Below are positions 8,856 to 17,611 of a DNA stretch of 64,000 nucleotides, one piece after another; the stretch's first letter is position 1, and each line of letters begins with the position of its first letter. Both the position numbers and the translations under genes were made by a program. Origin of the DNA: a virus. The notes beneath the pieces are model-generated. The model ran no database searches, was not told where the DNA came from, and saw only the letters and a list, made by a program, of their open reading frames with translations. Location of the stretch: the IMG/VR virus record IMGVR_UViG_3300030339_000006; one strand, 5' to 3'.

Positions 8856-9884
8856 ATGTTTACAACCAGAACTGAACAGATCATGAACAACGTGATCGTC
8901 GTAGGTTGTGGTGGTACCGCGGGTCGCTTAATCCCACTGATCTCTCAGTTGATGAGCCGCGGTGCGTACCAGGATCTGTTCCCTACGATCACCCTGATCG
9001 ACGGGGATGAAGTCGAGGTGAAGAACCTCAATCGCCAAAACTTCATTGCTGAAGATGTCGGTCGTAACAAGGCGGAAGTTCTGGCTGAGCGTTATGGGAA
9101 TGCTTTCGAGATTCCTATCATCGCGATCCCACACTTCTATGAAAACAGTGGTGACCTGCGTTCCTGGTTAGTCAGTCGCCTGCCAGAAAACATGCGTCGT
9201 CTGGTAGTGGACCGTCCGTACACGATTTTCCTGTGTGTGGACAACATGGTCGCTCGTTTCAACATCATCTCTGGTGTCATTCAAGATACCCGGGCGACCG
9301 GCGTCATGAATACCATCATCGATGCAGGCAACGAGAACACCTATGGTCAGGTTCGCGTCTTCCACAGTCGTTTAACGGAAGATTGGACTGAGAGCACTGC
9401 TATCCTGGATCGTCTGGTCGGCGGGACGGAGAAGCTCGACATCCGTCTACCCTACATCCCGTGTCCGATCGGGGAGTATCTGGATGGCACCCTGTACAAG
9501 GGCAATCCGGATGCATCCTGTGCGGACTTGGAACAGACCGGTGCAGTGAATGCTCAGATGGCTACGGGCATGTTCACGATCTTCCAGAACATCTACATGA
9601 TGCTGCCGATCGGTGTCGAAACGTGGTTCTACGATATCCATAACGGCAACGACCAGACTCGTCTGGCTCGCTCGTGGATTGAAGATCTGCTGTACGGTAC
9701 GCGTTACAAAATCGGTGAACGTGCGAAGGACCTGGATAAGTACCCAGTGGATAAACGTGCGGTAACTTCACTGACCAGTACGGCTCAACTGTGGGATGTG
9801 GTTAAAACGAAAGTAGAAGAAGGGCTGAAGAAGGGGACACTTGAAAGAATGTCCCCTGAATTGGCTGAGGCCTTAGGACTCTAA
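8856..9884 (+). CDS. E1-like ThiF/MoeB family activating enzyme
   Basis: VVGCGGTAG, IDGDEVEVKNLNRQNF, GRNKA, CVDN, DAGN, ASC catalytic Cys. Confidence 0.9.
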   Translation: MFTTRTEQIMNNVIVVGCGGTAGRLIPLISQLMSRGAYQDLFPTITLIDGDEVEVKNLNRQNFIAEDVGRNKAEVLAERYGNAFEIPIIAIPHFYENSGDLRSWLVSRLPENMRRLVVDRPYTIFLCVDNMVARFNIISGVIQDTRATGVMNTIIDAGNENTYGQVRVFHSRLTEDWTESTAILDRLVGGTEKLDIRLPYIPCPIGEYLDGTLYKGNPDASCADLEQTGAVNAQMATGMFTIFQNIYMMLPIGVETWFYDIHNGNDQTRLARSWIEDLLYGTRYKIGERAKDLDKYPVDKRAVTSLTSTAQLWDVVKTKVEEGLKKGTLERMSPELAEALGL

Positions 9885-10109
9885 GTCCACGCGGCGTTCT
9901 CGCTGGGCAACGTCGGGGGAATCTGAAACGCTAAATACTGCGAATTCAGTTCCTTCGGCGTTGAACATTTTGAGAATGCCGCTTTTTTTATCCCAAGACC
10001 ACGAACCAGTACCGACGGCCTGCAGTTCTGCCAGAACGGCGTTCCCCGCTTGAATGTCCGTGTGCATCGCGTTCAGTTTGGTCATGATGTCTGCTAAAGT
10101 TGGATCCAT
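9873..10109 (-). CDS. Hypothetical protein
   Basis: RBS AGGAG before MDPTLADIM. Confidence 0.6.
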   Translation of the reverse strand: MDPTLADIMTKLNAMHTDIQAGNAVLAELQAVGTGSWSWDKKSGILKMFNAEGTEFAVFSVSDSPDVAQRERRVDLES

Positions 10110-10110
10110 A

Positions 10111-10380
10111 TTAATTCTCCTTAGAGAAGACACCCACCATTTTCTGGTGGTGTTCAAGCAATTTCTTATCCCGTGCTCGGTGAACGAAGCTCATCAAGTC
10201 CGTACGAGGCAGGGATAACAGAGAGACCTGGGCCTTGTGGTATCCCAGATCGTGGTAACGTTTAGACGGGTCGCCATTAAGTTCCGCGACACGAGCCCGC
10301 TCCATTTGATTGAGCTCGTGCCACCGTTTGGTCTTCAACCTAGTGTTTCCCCGTTCACGACGGATCTCACCAAGTGTCAT
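10111..10380 (-). CDS. Hypothetical basic protein
   Basis: ATGA overlap with the upstream gene. Confidence 0.6.
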   Translation of the reverse strand: MTLGEIRRERGNTRLKTKRWHELNQMERARVAELNGDPSKRYHDLGYHKAQVSLLSLPRTDLMSFVHRARDKKLLEHHQKMVGVFSKEN

Positions 10381-10859
10381 AGTCGCTCCATGGCCAGTCC
10401 GTACAGACGGATTGCTTCGGCTTTGTTACGGGCCGCTTCCGGTGTTTCCCACTGATTCTCGAAGGGCTCAGTGATGAAATCGAACGGAGGTGGAGCGGAA
10501 CCGTAACCTTCATCGCTCAGGATGTAGTGGCAGATACGCGTGATAGCGTGGCTGAACTCAATCCCCGGGACGATTCTTTTTAGCTCGTAAAGACCCCACG
10601 CCAGCTCCAGAGAGTTTGGCATGTAGACAACCGTCGGGTCGACGTAGTGGCCATTCGCCGCTTCGACGAAACGCAGGAAATACGAGGCGTCCGTTTCAAA
10701 TAGGTGTGGATTATGGGCCAGACCCTTGAGCACCGACAGCTGAGACAGCATGGCCGGCGTCAGGACGTGGCCGAGATCCAAACTAATGGTCTCCAGCTCC
10801 ATCTCTGGCCAGTCTTTGCCGTATCGGGCGTCGAGCGTGTTCTTCAATTTGCTTAGCAT
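10377..10859 (-). CDS. Hypothetical protein (late operon)
   Basis: Overlap-coupled ORF in a minus-strand operon. Confidence 0.7.
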   Translation of the reverse strand: MLSKLKNTLDARYGKDWPEMELETISLDLGHVLTPAMLSQLSVLKGLAHNPHLFETDASYFLRFVEAANGHYVDPTVVYMPNSLELAWGLYELKRIVPGIEFSHAITRICHYILSDEGYGSAPPPFDFITEPFENQWETPEAARNKAEAIRLYGLAMERL

Positions 10860-11722
10860 TTGCACAGTCTCGCGAGTAGTTGTTTCTCAGGAAGCGGCAG
10901 GGCTTCTACACCACGCTTCAGATTCATCAGGTCGCCGGAGAGCAATTGGGCCACGTCATCACCGATTGCAGACTGGATAGCCGCAGCGGGCAGGGCCTGT
11001 AGGGACATAGCGGGAACAGTCTTGCTGCCCAGATTCACAGTGATGGAGCGGTCGATCGCTTCTTTGGTGAACCAGAAGGCATCACGGTAGAAGTCGCCAA
11101 GGTATCCAGACTGTTTTTCAAGGTAGAGCACGGCACTGGCCAGGGCACGGTTTTCTTCAACGGTCAGTTCATCCGGGTTAGTAGCGGACAGGATACTGGC
11201 CATCTTCGAGAACCCTTTGTTACCAGTCGTCTTCGCACGGCATTCTACTGCCAGGACAGCCGCTTCTTTGTTCAGCTTTCCGGCACCGGCGTACAGGCGA
11301 ACCAATGGTGACTCAATTTCTTCGGCATAGTTATCATACAGGGCTGCCGCGGTAGAGGCAACCTTCTCGATATCAATCAGGCCGGAGCAACGAGATTCCA
11401 GGATGGCTTCTGCAGTACGCAGCTCGTCGGTCACGCCACGTGCTTCCATGGAGCGGTCGGCAGCGGCTTTCACCAGCGTACCGGTCAGGTCAGAGACCTG
11501 TTGGGTCAGACCGTACAGACGAACAGCTTTGTTCACACGGGCGACGTCATCCATATCAACGACTTGGTGGGCGACCTTCGTGAGGTAAGCGATTTCCAAG
11601 GCAGACGCTACAGTGCTGTCCTTGTCTTTAGTCGGGAAGATCTCTTCCGCGTACGCTCTTTTGATGAAACCGGAAGCGGCAGGTACCAGCTCCAGGACGT
11701 TCTTGATTGCATGTAGTGACAT
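10853..11722 (-). CDS. Putative internal head protein with repeated K-x-A motifs
   Basis: LTKVA, LVKAA, IEKVA, LNKEA, FSKMA, FTKEA. Confidence 0.55.
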   Translation of the reverse strand: MSLHAIKNVLELVPAASGFIKRAYAEEIFPTKDKDSTVASALEIAYLTKVAHQVVDMDDVARVNKAVRLYGLTQQVSDLTGTLVKAAADRSMEARGVTDELRTAEAILESRCSGLIDIEKVASTAAALYDNYAEEIESPLVRLYAGAGKLNKEAAVLAVECRAKTTGNKGFSKMASILSATNPDELTVEENRALASAVLYLEKQSGYLGDFYRDAFWFTKEAIDRSITVNLGSKTVPAMSLQALPAAAIQSAIGDDVAQLLSGDLMNLKRGVEALPLPEKQLLARLCKC

Positions 11723-12642
11723 TAGTGTGTTCCTCGTTTCTCGTTCAGCAGATCACGGGCTAGTTGTGCCAGTTGTGATAAGTTTTCATTGTTGCTTTGA
11801 TGAGCCCCGTTGTTGGCGGAGATCGAATCAATTACGTGTTGGGCTGATTCCGGAGAATACCCAAGGTCTCGATGAGAGTTTAAGAGAATATCCTGCATGG
11901 TCGTGCCGGCTTCCATTGCACCCTCAGTTTTCTTCACGTAATGGTCAAGAGCGTCAGCCTGTACGGGAACGCCAGAACGAATCTTGTTCATCACCCGCTC
12001 AGTGACCCCGTTCGTTGGATCCACTTCCTCGTGAGCGGCATCGTAGTAACCCAGGCGGGCTGCCGGGATCGCTGAGTTCAAACCGATTCCACTGACGACG
12101 TTCGCTACCGGTGCCAGAGAGAATCCTGAACGGGCTACACGGCCACCGACACCACCGAACATTGCGGTAGCCATACCTTCCCCACCTTCTTCGGCGTCAG
12201 CCAGGCCCGAGTACAGAGCGGCGGCGTCACGGCGATCGGCCAGGATATCCAGTGCAGAACGGATCAATCCGCCGGCAGCACCGATCGCCGCACCGGTACC
12301 CACCAGAGCACGGACAGTCTTGTTCCCAGAGAGCGACTTCAGTGCCCCGAGGACACGGCCTTTATTGGCCCCGGAACCGAGTTCAATCCCCAGAGGGATC
12401 AGGGAGGCCAGCGGGATGGTAGCCGCAGCACCACCGATGGTGTTCTTCAGTACGTTACCGGCCATACCGGAGACGGACGGTTTATGATCTTTCATGCGTT
12501 CACGCAGTCCAGCAATCACTTCTTTCTTATCGGCGAGCGGAAGGCTAGCAAACTGGGGATTCGATAGGAGAGAGGTGAACGGCTGGCCAGCTTTGTAAGC
12601 TCGGTGCATACCCCCGATAATTTCACTATTCGTTAATGACAT
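11722..12642 (-). CDS. Putative virion/ejection protein with Gly-rich hydrophobic segments
   Basis: GTGAAIGAAGG-type segments; TAAAAT motif upstream at 12670. Confidence 0.5.
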   Translation of the reverse strand: MSLTNSEIIGGMHRAYKAGQPFTSLLSNPQFASLPLADKKEVIAGLRERMKDHKPSVSGMAGNVLKNTIGGAAATIPLASLIPLGIELGSGANKGRVLGALKSLSGNKTVRALVGTGAAIGAAGGLIRSALDILADRRDAAALYSGLADAEEGGEGMATAMFGGVGGRVARSGFSLAPVANVVSGIGLNSAIPAARLGYYDAAHEEVDPTNGVTERVMNKIRSGVPVQADALDHYVKKTEGAMEAGTTMQDILLNSHRDLGYSPESAQHVIDSISANNGAHQSNNENLSQLAQLARDLLNEKRGTH

Positions 12643-12706
12643 CGCGTTACCTCGTTAGTTGATACTGATATTTTAGCTACAACGCCCTGTAACGTCCAGC
12701 GTCCAG

Positions 12707-12922
12707 AAATGTTACAGACAAAAGTGTTGTAAACCAAGAGTTTAGAGCGTTTTGTGACATTGTTACATGGGAACATGAGAAAGTCACCCTTATTAGAGAC
12801 ATCTTACCCCTATACATACATTACTATGGATTCAAAATAAGGTATATATAGGATGCTACTACCCTCTAGGGGATAAAGGGGGTGTGTGTTTGGAGACGTA
12901 GTTCCTGTCACAATGTCACAAA
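12707..12922. repeat. Non-coding palindromic element, copy 1 (168 bp core 12753-12920)
   Basis: Terminal inverted repeats TTTGTGACATTGTTACA / TGTCACAATGTCACAAA; 47 bp block 12785-12831 identical to 45645-45691. Confidence 0.9.
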
Positions 12923-12943
12923 CTCAATAAACGCTGAGATAAC

Positions 12944-12950
12944 GGTATAA
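12944..12950 (+). promoter_or_regulatory. GGTATAA promoter motif (also at 5530, 15827, 44876, 46575, 55860, 56483, 60478, 63471)
   Basis: Recurs just upstream of plus-strand transcription units. Confidence 0.65.
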
Positions 12951-13035
12951 CTACTTTGAGCAATCATCCCTATGCTAAGTCAATGGGGAACTTAGCAGGG
13001 ATGGGATTACGGGGCTAAATCCCGTTGGAGGTTTC

Positions 13036-13131
13036 ATGCTTGCTCGAGTATCACTGCTTCACTTTTTAACGTTTATTCAGACTATCGCAGCGATTATAGT
13101 GAGAGAGGCTATTAAACGAGGTATCATCTAG
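13036..13131 (+). CDS. 31 aa hydrophobic peptide MLARVSLLHFLTFIQTIAAIIVREAIKRGII
   Basis: RBS GGAGG; below the ORF-track length cutoff. Confidence 0.55.
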   Translation: MLARVSLLHFLTFIQTIAAIIVREAIKRGII

Positions 13132-13139
13132 GGGGATTT

Positions 13140-13586
13140 GTGGAGAAAGTAACCAGCGTATTCAGCTTCCGGCAGATGGGAGACCAGCAGCTCAACCCGT
13201 TCGTTGAGAAGGCTAGTTTCGTCACCCGGGATCTTGAGTACAAGCGTAACTACTTCATCGTGGCAGACCGAGAAGAGGGCATTACGACCTTCGCGTACTG
13301 GCCGGTGAAGTTTGAAGTAAACGGTGACCTACTGCGGTTCCAGAAGTTCCCGGGGATTCTCTCCGACGGATTCCTGGTGCTGCCGAAGAACCGTGTGATT
13401 GAAATCAACATCGACGAACTCTCTCGTGGCAAAGTCCGCCTGGGTGACCGTTCGATCCCCTTCGCTGATTTTGCCCAAGCCAATCAAGGCCTGACTCAGG
13501 TTGTTACTGATGAAGGTATTCTGAACGTGCTCGGCGAAGTCGACGTCTTTACCTATTCCGCTAACCCGCGGGCTCATTGGATTTAA
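13140..13586 (+). CDS. Hypothetical protein
   Basis: GTG start with GGGGA RBS; typical codon usage. Confidence 0.7.
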   Translation: MEKVTSVFSFRQMGDQQLNPFVEKASFVTRDLEYKRNYFIVADREEGITTFAYWPVKFEVNGDLLRFQKFPGILSDGFLVLPKNRVIEINIDELSRGKVRLGDRSIPFADFAQANQGLTQVVTDEGILNVLGEVDVFTYSANPRAHWI

Positions 13587-13594
13587 AGGATACT

Positions 13595-14473
13595 ATGAAC
13601 TTATTTATCGATGGCACTTACGTACCTACTATCAAACCGTTTGCCAGCAACATGGTAAGCCTCGAGTTGTTCTCCCAGGCCATCACTGATGTAACCCTGG
13701 ATGAAAGCGACGCTCTGGATTGGCTGGAAGAGCATCACGGTCTCGACGTTGATGATATGAATGCCGATTGTGAAATCGCCCAGTTGGTCGATGACAAACT
13801 GTATGTCTGCCCGGGTCAGTTGGCCGAACTCTTCACCGAAGCTTACGGCAACGAATACGAAGACGTTCTGCAGCGTATCGTGGCTCACCTGGATAGCGAC
13901 GCAGCGGTGCTGAACCTGACCGGTCGTGGCATTCGGATCACCCCAGAGAAAACTGAAGAGCAACTGCCACTGGTGGGTACAGCTGCAGTTAACGGTGTGG
14001 TTATCGAAGGTGATGTTAATGTTACCGGCGGTCCGATCAGTGCTAAAGAACTGGGTGAGATCTTTGCTGGCTCTCCGCTGGCTGAAATCTATGAGAAGTC
14101 CCAGGGTGCCGACGCACCTCCTATGCATACCTCTTCACTGAGCATCGACGGCCATCTCGTAGAGGTTCTTCACCGTAGCCCCCTCACCCGCGTGTATCAC
14201 ATTCGCGGTTTAGTCGGTGCGGTGTACGACGTATGGTATAACCCCGATCACGTCAAGCAGGTCTTGATTGCTAACCGTCAGTCATTCGGACCTAACGAAG
14301 TGATCAAGCACGGGGATGATTTCTATGCTACCTCCGGTGCTCTGGCCAAGATCGTCCATGGTCTGTCCCCGATCGCAGAGAATCAATCTCTGATGCTTAA
14401 GATTCTGCAGCAGTATGAAGCGAATCCTGAAGTCGGTTGTGTAGTGGATTTCTTCGGTAATCCAATCTACTAA
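13595..14473 (+). CDS. Hypothetical acidic protein with two degenerate Bro-N/antirepressor-like segments
   Basis: RBS AAGGA; KLYVCPGQLAELF and DFYATSGALAKIV. Confidence 0.6.
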   Translation: MNLFIDGTYVPTIKPFASNMVSLELFSQAITDVTLDESDALDWLEEHHGLDVDDMNADCEIAQLVDDKLYVCPGQLAELFTEAYGNEYEDVLQRIVAHLDSDAAVLNLTGRGIRITPEKTEEQLPLVGTAAVNGVVIEGDVNVTGGPISAKELGEIFAGSPLAEIYEKSQGADAPPMHTSSLSIDGHLVEVLHRSPLTRVYHIRGLVGAVYDVWYNPDHVKQVLIANRQSFGPNEVIKHGDDFYATSGALAKIVHGLSPIAENQSLMLKILQQYEANPEVGCVVDFFGNPIY

Positions 14474-14478
14474 TGGTT

Positions 14479-14508
14479 GGGCCCTTCGGGGCCCTTCTAT
14501 TCTTTTTT
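14479..14508 (+). terminator. Rho-independent terminator
   Basis: GGGCCC-TTCG-GGGCCC plus a T-rich tail. Confidence 0.75.
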
Positions 14509-14519
14509 AGGAGAGAAGC

Positions 14520-14840
14520 ATGAAGGTACAGCACCGTGACGGTGGCCGGGAAGAGACCGCGATCCTCTGGAACGATAACCTGGAAGAGTTCCGTCCGCAC
14601 TTCTATCAGGTCGAACAGGAAGATACCGTCCTGAAGATCACTCACTACGGCCAGGAGTACCTCATCGAGAGTGGCCGAGTAGTGTTTACCGGGGAACGCC
14701 CCCTGGATATGTCGGAAGCGAAATTCAATAGCCGCTACCGTAAGACGGCCGGTGAGTACGCCGAGCAGCTGTCTGAAGCGACCGACGATATCTTATTACT
14801 GAAAATGCTCATTGAGGAAATGAAAGATGATTACTGTTAA
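14520..14840 (+). CDS. Hypothetical protein
   Basis: RBS AGGAG. Confidence 0.7.
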   Translation: MKVQHRDGGREETAILWNDNLEEFRPHFYQVEQEDTVLKITHYGQEYLIESGRVVFTGERPLDMSEAKFNSRYRKTAGEYAEQLSEATDDILLLKMLIEEMKDDYC

Positions 14841-15429
14841 CGGTACGCATATCAGCATCGACCCCGGCGGCCGAGTAGATCCAGACTGCATTATCGCCTT
14901 GTTCGGCCGAACGGTTGACCTCGATGAATACCTGGGTGGACGACGGGAAGAACTCCTGGATAACTCCGACAGAATGGACCGGGTTGAGGCCGTTAAGATG
15001 GCAACTCACTTTGACGCGGACTTCGGGAGAAAGATCGAGCATCTCCTTGAAGGCCTCACCTATCTTCGACGGGTCTGTGGGTGGCACTTGGAAGCGGAGA
15101 TCAAGGCGCCTAACCTGAGAATGTACAAAGGGGATGTCAAGGCACACTTTCGTAACCCCGACAACATGATCAAGGCAGTATTCGACGACATGTACTTCCA
15201 CAAGCTGTCCTTGGAGTTCTTCGGGGTCGGTGAGTACGGCGTCATCAAGAACAAAATGACCAAAACCCAGCAGGAGCACTACGATAAACTCGTGCAGTGC
15301 CACCGTTATCACCGCATGCGGGATGCCGGTCGAACGACCTTCATCAAGGATGAGGTTAACCGCTTCATGGTGGAACTCATTGGGTATAACTCTACGGAAT
15401 ACGACGTAGAAGGAACGGATTGGGCATGA
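14827..15429 (+). CDS. Hypothetical protein (possible KilA-N/Bro-like N-terminus)
   Basis: MITVNGTHISIDPGGRVDPDCIIALFG; RBS GAGG. Confidence 0.6.
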   Translation: MITVNGTHISIDPGGRVDPDCIIALFGRTVDLDEYLGGRREELLDNSDRMDRVEAVKMATHFDADFGRKIEHLLEGLTYLRRVCGWHLEAEIKAPNLRMYKGDVKAHFRNPDNMIKAVFDDMYFHKLSLEFFGVGEYGVIKNKMTKTQQEHYDKLVQCHRYHRMRDAGRTTFIKDEVNRFMVELIGYNSTEYDVEGTDWA

Positions 15430-15833
15430 AACTCTACCGCTTCCACCACGGCCTCTTTGGAGAGATTCTCAGCTCGATCCCTCAGGAAGATCTCCTGAAC
15501 CGCCTTCGTCAGCAACCGGACCTGGAGTTCCTCGAGTCGACCACCCTTAAGTTCTCCTCCGGGCTTCAACTGACGATCTCCGACCACGAAGATATCAGCA
15601 AGCCGTCCTGCCAGCTCTGCTCCGACGTCATGACCCTGGTCTACCAGCACTGCTGCTCCGGGACCTACGGTTGGTTCGTCGACCTCTGTCTGGCTCTCGA
15701 GAGTGCAGAGCTGATGGGCTCTCACGCCGAGTTAAGTACGCCGCAGGTCCTTCAATTCCTCGCCCTGGTGGCCACTTTCAGTGACGTGAATTCCACGCCA
15801 GTGCTGCTATATATGACTGATTTACTGGTATAA
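15426..15833 (+). CDS. Hypothetical protein
   Basis: ATGA overlap with the upstream gene. Confidence 0.6.
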   Translation: MKLYRFHHGLFGEILSSIPQEDLLNRLRQQPDLEFLESTTLKFSSGLQLTISDHEDISKPSCQLCSDVMTLVYQHCCSGTYGWFVDLCLALESAELMGSHAELSTPQVLQFLALVATFSDVNSTPVLLYMTDLLV

Positions 15834-15862
15834 GAATAGTACAGATAGATAGGAGCTGTGCT

Positions 15863-15979
15863 ATGTTTGACGGAATGTTAGTGAAGTTGCGTGTTGTAAC
15901 CCTGCCGAGATATCTCATCATTATCCGGCTGATCTCATCTCACGTGTGCCGCTGGGGCGTACGTGTAGGATTCCTCTAA
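15863..15979 (+). CDS. 38 aa basic/hydrophobic peptide
   Basis: RBS AGGAG after GGTATAA (15827); MFDGMLVKLRVVTLPRYLIIIRLISSHVCRWGVRVGFL. Confidence 0.5.
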   Translation: MFDGMLVKLRVVTLPRYLIIIRLISSHVCRWGVRVGFL

Positions 15980-16060
15980 CCCAAGAAGGACTTAACAATG
16001 GACACGATGTCATTGGACGTTAATGTTGTTGCCATAAAACAGTAACCACCTTCTCTTTCG

Positions 16061-16082
16061 GGAGCCTTCGGGCTCCTCTTTT
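16061..16082 (+). terminator. Rho-independent terminator
   Basis: GGAGCC-TTCG-GGCTCC-TCTTTT. Confidence 0.8.
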
Positions 16083-16177
16083 AGCTAAAACGCCCTGAGA
16101 GCCTCTCTACGAGGTTCCAGGGCGAGGCAAGGTGATTGTACCTTTTTAGATAAAAAACGCCTTAGGATGCGTCTGGC

Positions 16178-16471
16178 TCATCCGAAGTAGGCGTTCTGAG
16201 ACACGCCATCGCCGGACAGGATGTCTCCGTCAGAAACGGGGTCACCTTCTCGGGCAGCAAAGCGTCCTTCGATCCGGACCTTCGAACTCACACCGAGCAC
16301 AAAGCACTGGCGGGTTCGGTCATCCTTGTGATGGGTCTCACCACCGGAGCCGAGCAGCAGCACCGGTTTGCCGTTCACGAAGACCTTCGTGCTGGGGTTA
16401 CCGTAGAGGGCAACGCGGGACCATCCAGTGATTCCCGCTGTCAGAGTGCCGACTACCGCGACCTTAGCCAA
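16178..16471 (-). CDS. PAAR-like spike tip protein
   Basis: Likely TTG start 16471; S(T/S)KV(F/R)(V/I)(N/E)G repeats, AAREGD, His/Cys metal ligands; follows the spike gene. Confidence 0.8.
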   Translation of the reverse strand: MAKVAVVGTLTAGITGWSRVALYGNPSTKVFVNGKPVLLLGSGGETHHKDDRTRQCFVLGVSSKVRIEGRFAAREGDPVSDGDILSGDGVSQNAYFG

Positions 16472-17558
16472 GGTTGATTGTCCCACGCGGAATAACGGTG
16501 AAGTCCCCGGTAGTGAACGTCGTGTTACCCCCGACGTTGAAATCCAGGTCACCCTGCGGGCTCACCTCCATGTCAGCAGAGCAGGTCATCTTGATCTTCC
16601 CAGAGCGGGGGATCTCAATCGTTGCCTGTCCGGCCGCCGAGAGGATATAGCCGTCCTTATTACCGTCAAGGGTAATATCACCACCGATGTCCAGGTGCAC
16701 CGAGCTTTCATTCATGTTGAAGAACGTGGTGTCTCCTCCGTGGACCTTGACGAACGAACCGCTGATCGTGTCGTCTTTCTCGACGATACTCGCCCCCGTC
16801 TGGATCAATTGGTGGCGACGCCCGGAGATGTAATCCGTCTGGGTACTGGTCTCTACCCCGTCAGCATTGAAGAAGGAACGCTTCGAGAGCTCCCCTCCGT
16901 CAGCACCACCACCGTTACTGGCCACGTTACCCCGGATTTCCCGGAAGGCTGGGCGATCGGAGCGAGCGTCGCTGGTGGAACGGAAGAATTCGTGCTTAGA
17001 GTAGCATCCGCCGCCGGTCGATACCTTGTACGTGCTGTCCATGTCGGTAAAGTGCTCGAAGTTACGGGATACGATACGGACCATGTCGTCGTACTTGCTG
17101 GTCATCACCATCGCCGTCGGTGACGACTTCATCATCGCCGTGCCACCGCGGAGCAGGGCAATAATGCCACCACCCTTGCTGGTCTTCACCCAGTCGCCGG
17201 GACGCTGGTCCGCCGGGCCCGACGAGCTGATCACGTCAGGACTCTGTGCCTTTGAGAAGTCCGCCAGATCTGCCGGTACCACACCCTGTTGTCCGAGAGC
17301 CGGCTTCGCTGCCGCTTGATCACGGTTCAACGGCTGGGCCATCGATCCGATGATCACGTATTCGTTGTTCTGCAGGCGAACCATCACTACACGATCCCCT
17401 TCATTCGGGGAATACTCTTGAAGCCAGCGGACACCAGGAAGGGTCTGGCCTGCTTCACCACGCACTTTAGCCTCACAGCGAACCAGGTCGACCCCGGCCA
17501 CGTAACCATTTAAGAATGCACCGGCGGATCCGCCGGCTTGTTGCCCTGTTGTGAACAT
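16464..17558 (-). CDS. Baseplate central spike (gp5/gpV-like)
   Basis: N-terminal OB-fold-like PNEGDRVV...YVIIGS and C-terminal beta-helix repeats; next to PAAR. Confidence 0.75.
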   Translation of the reverse strand: MFTTGQQAGGSAGAFLNGYVAGVDLVRCEAKVRGEAGQTLPGVRWLQEYSPNEGDRVVMVRLQNNEYVIIGSMAQPLNRDQAAAKPALGQQGVVPADLADFSKAQSPDVISSSGPADQRPGDWVKTSKGGGIIALLRGGTAMMKSSPTAMVMTSKYDDMVRIVSRNFEHFTDMDSTYKVSTGGGCYSKHEFFRSTSDARSDRPAFREIRGNVASNGGGADGGELSKRSFFNADGVETSTQTDYISGRRHQLIQTGASIVEKDDTISGSFVKVHGGDTTFFNMNESSVHLDIGGDITLDGNKDGYILSAAGQATIEIPRSGKIKMTCSADMEVSPQGDLDFNVGGNTTFTTGDFTVIPRGTINLG

Positions 17559-17572
17559 AGTTTTTCTCCAAT

Positions 17573-17594
17573 AAAAAAGGGCCCGAAGGCCCTT
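17573..17594 (-). terminator. Terminator after tail tube
   Basis: AAGGGCC-TTCG-GGCCCTTTTTT on the minus strand. Confidence 0.8.
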
Positions 17595-17611
17595 TCACGT
17601 TAGTGTATCCG

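Noticed and set aside
8856-9884. ThiF as a thiamine/molybdopterin biosynthesis enzyme
   Set aside because: No thi/moa neighbours; adjacent E2 and JAB point to conjugation.
12753-12920. Repeat element as an autonomous IS/transposon or tRNA
   Set aside because: No transposase, no clear target-site duplication and no cloverleaf or T-loop; kept only as an unexplained repeat.
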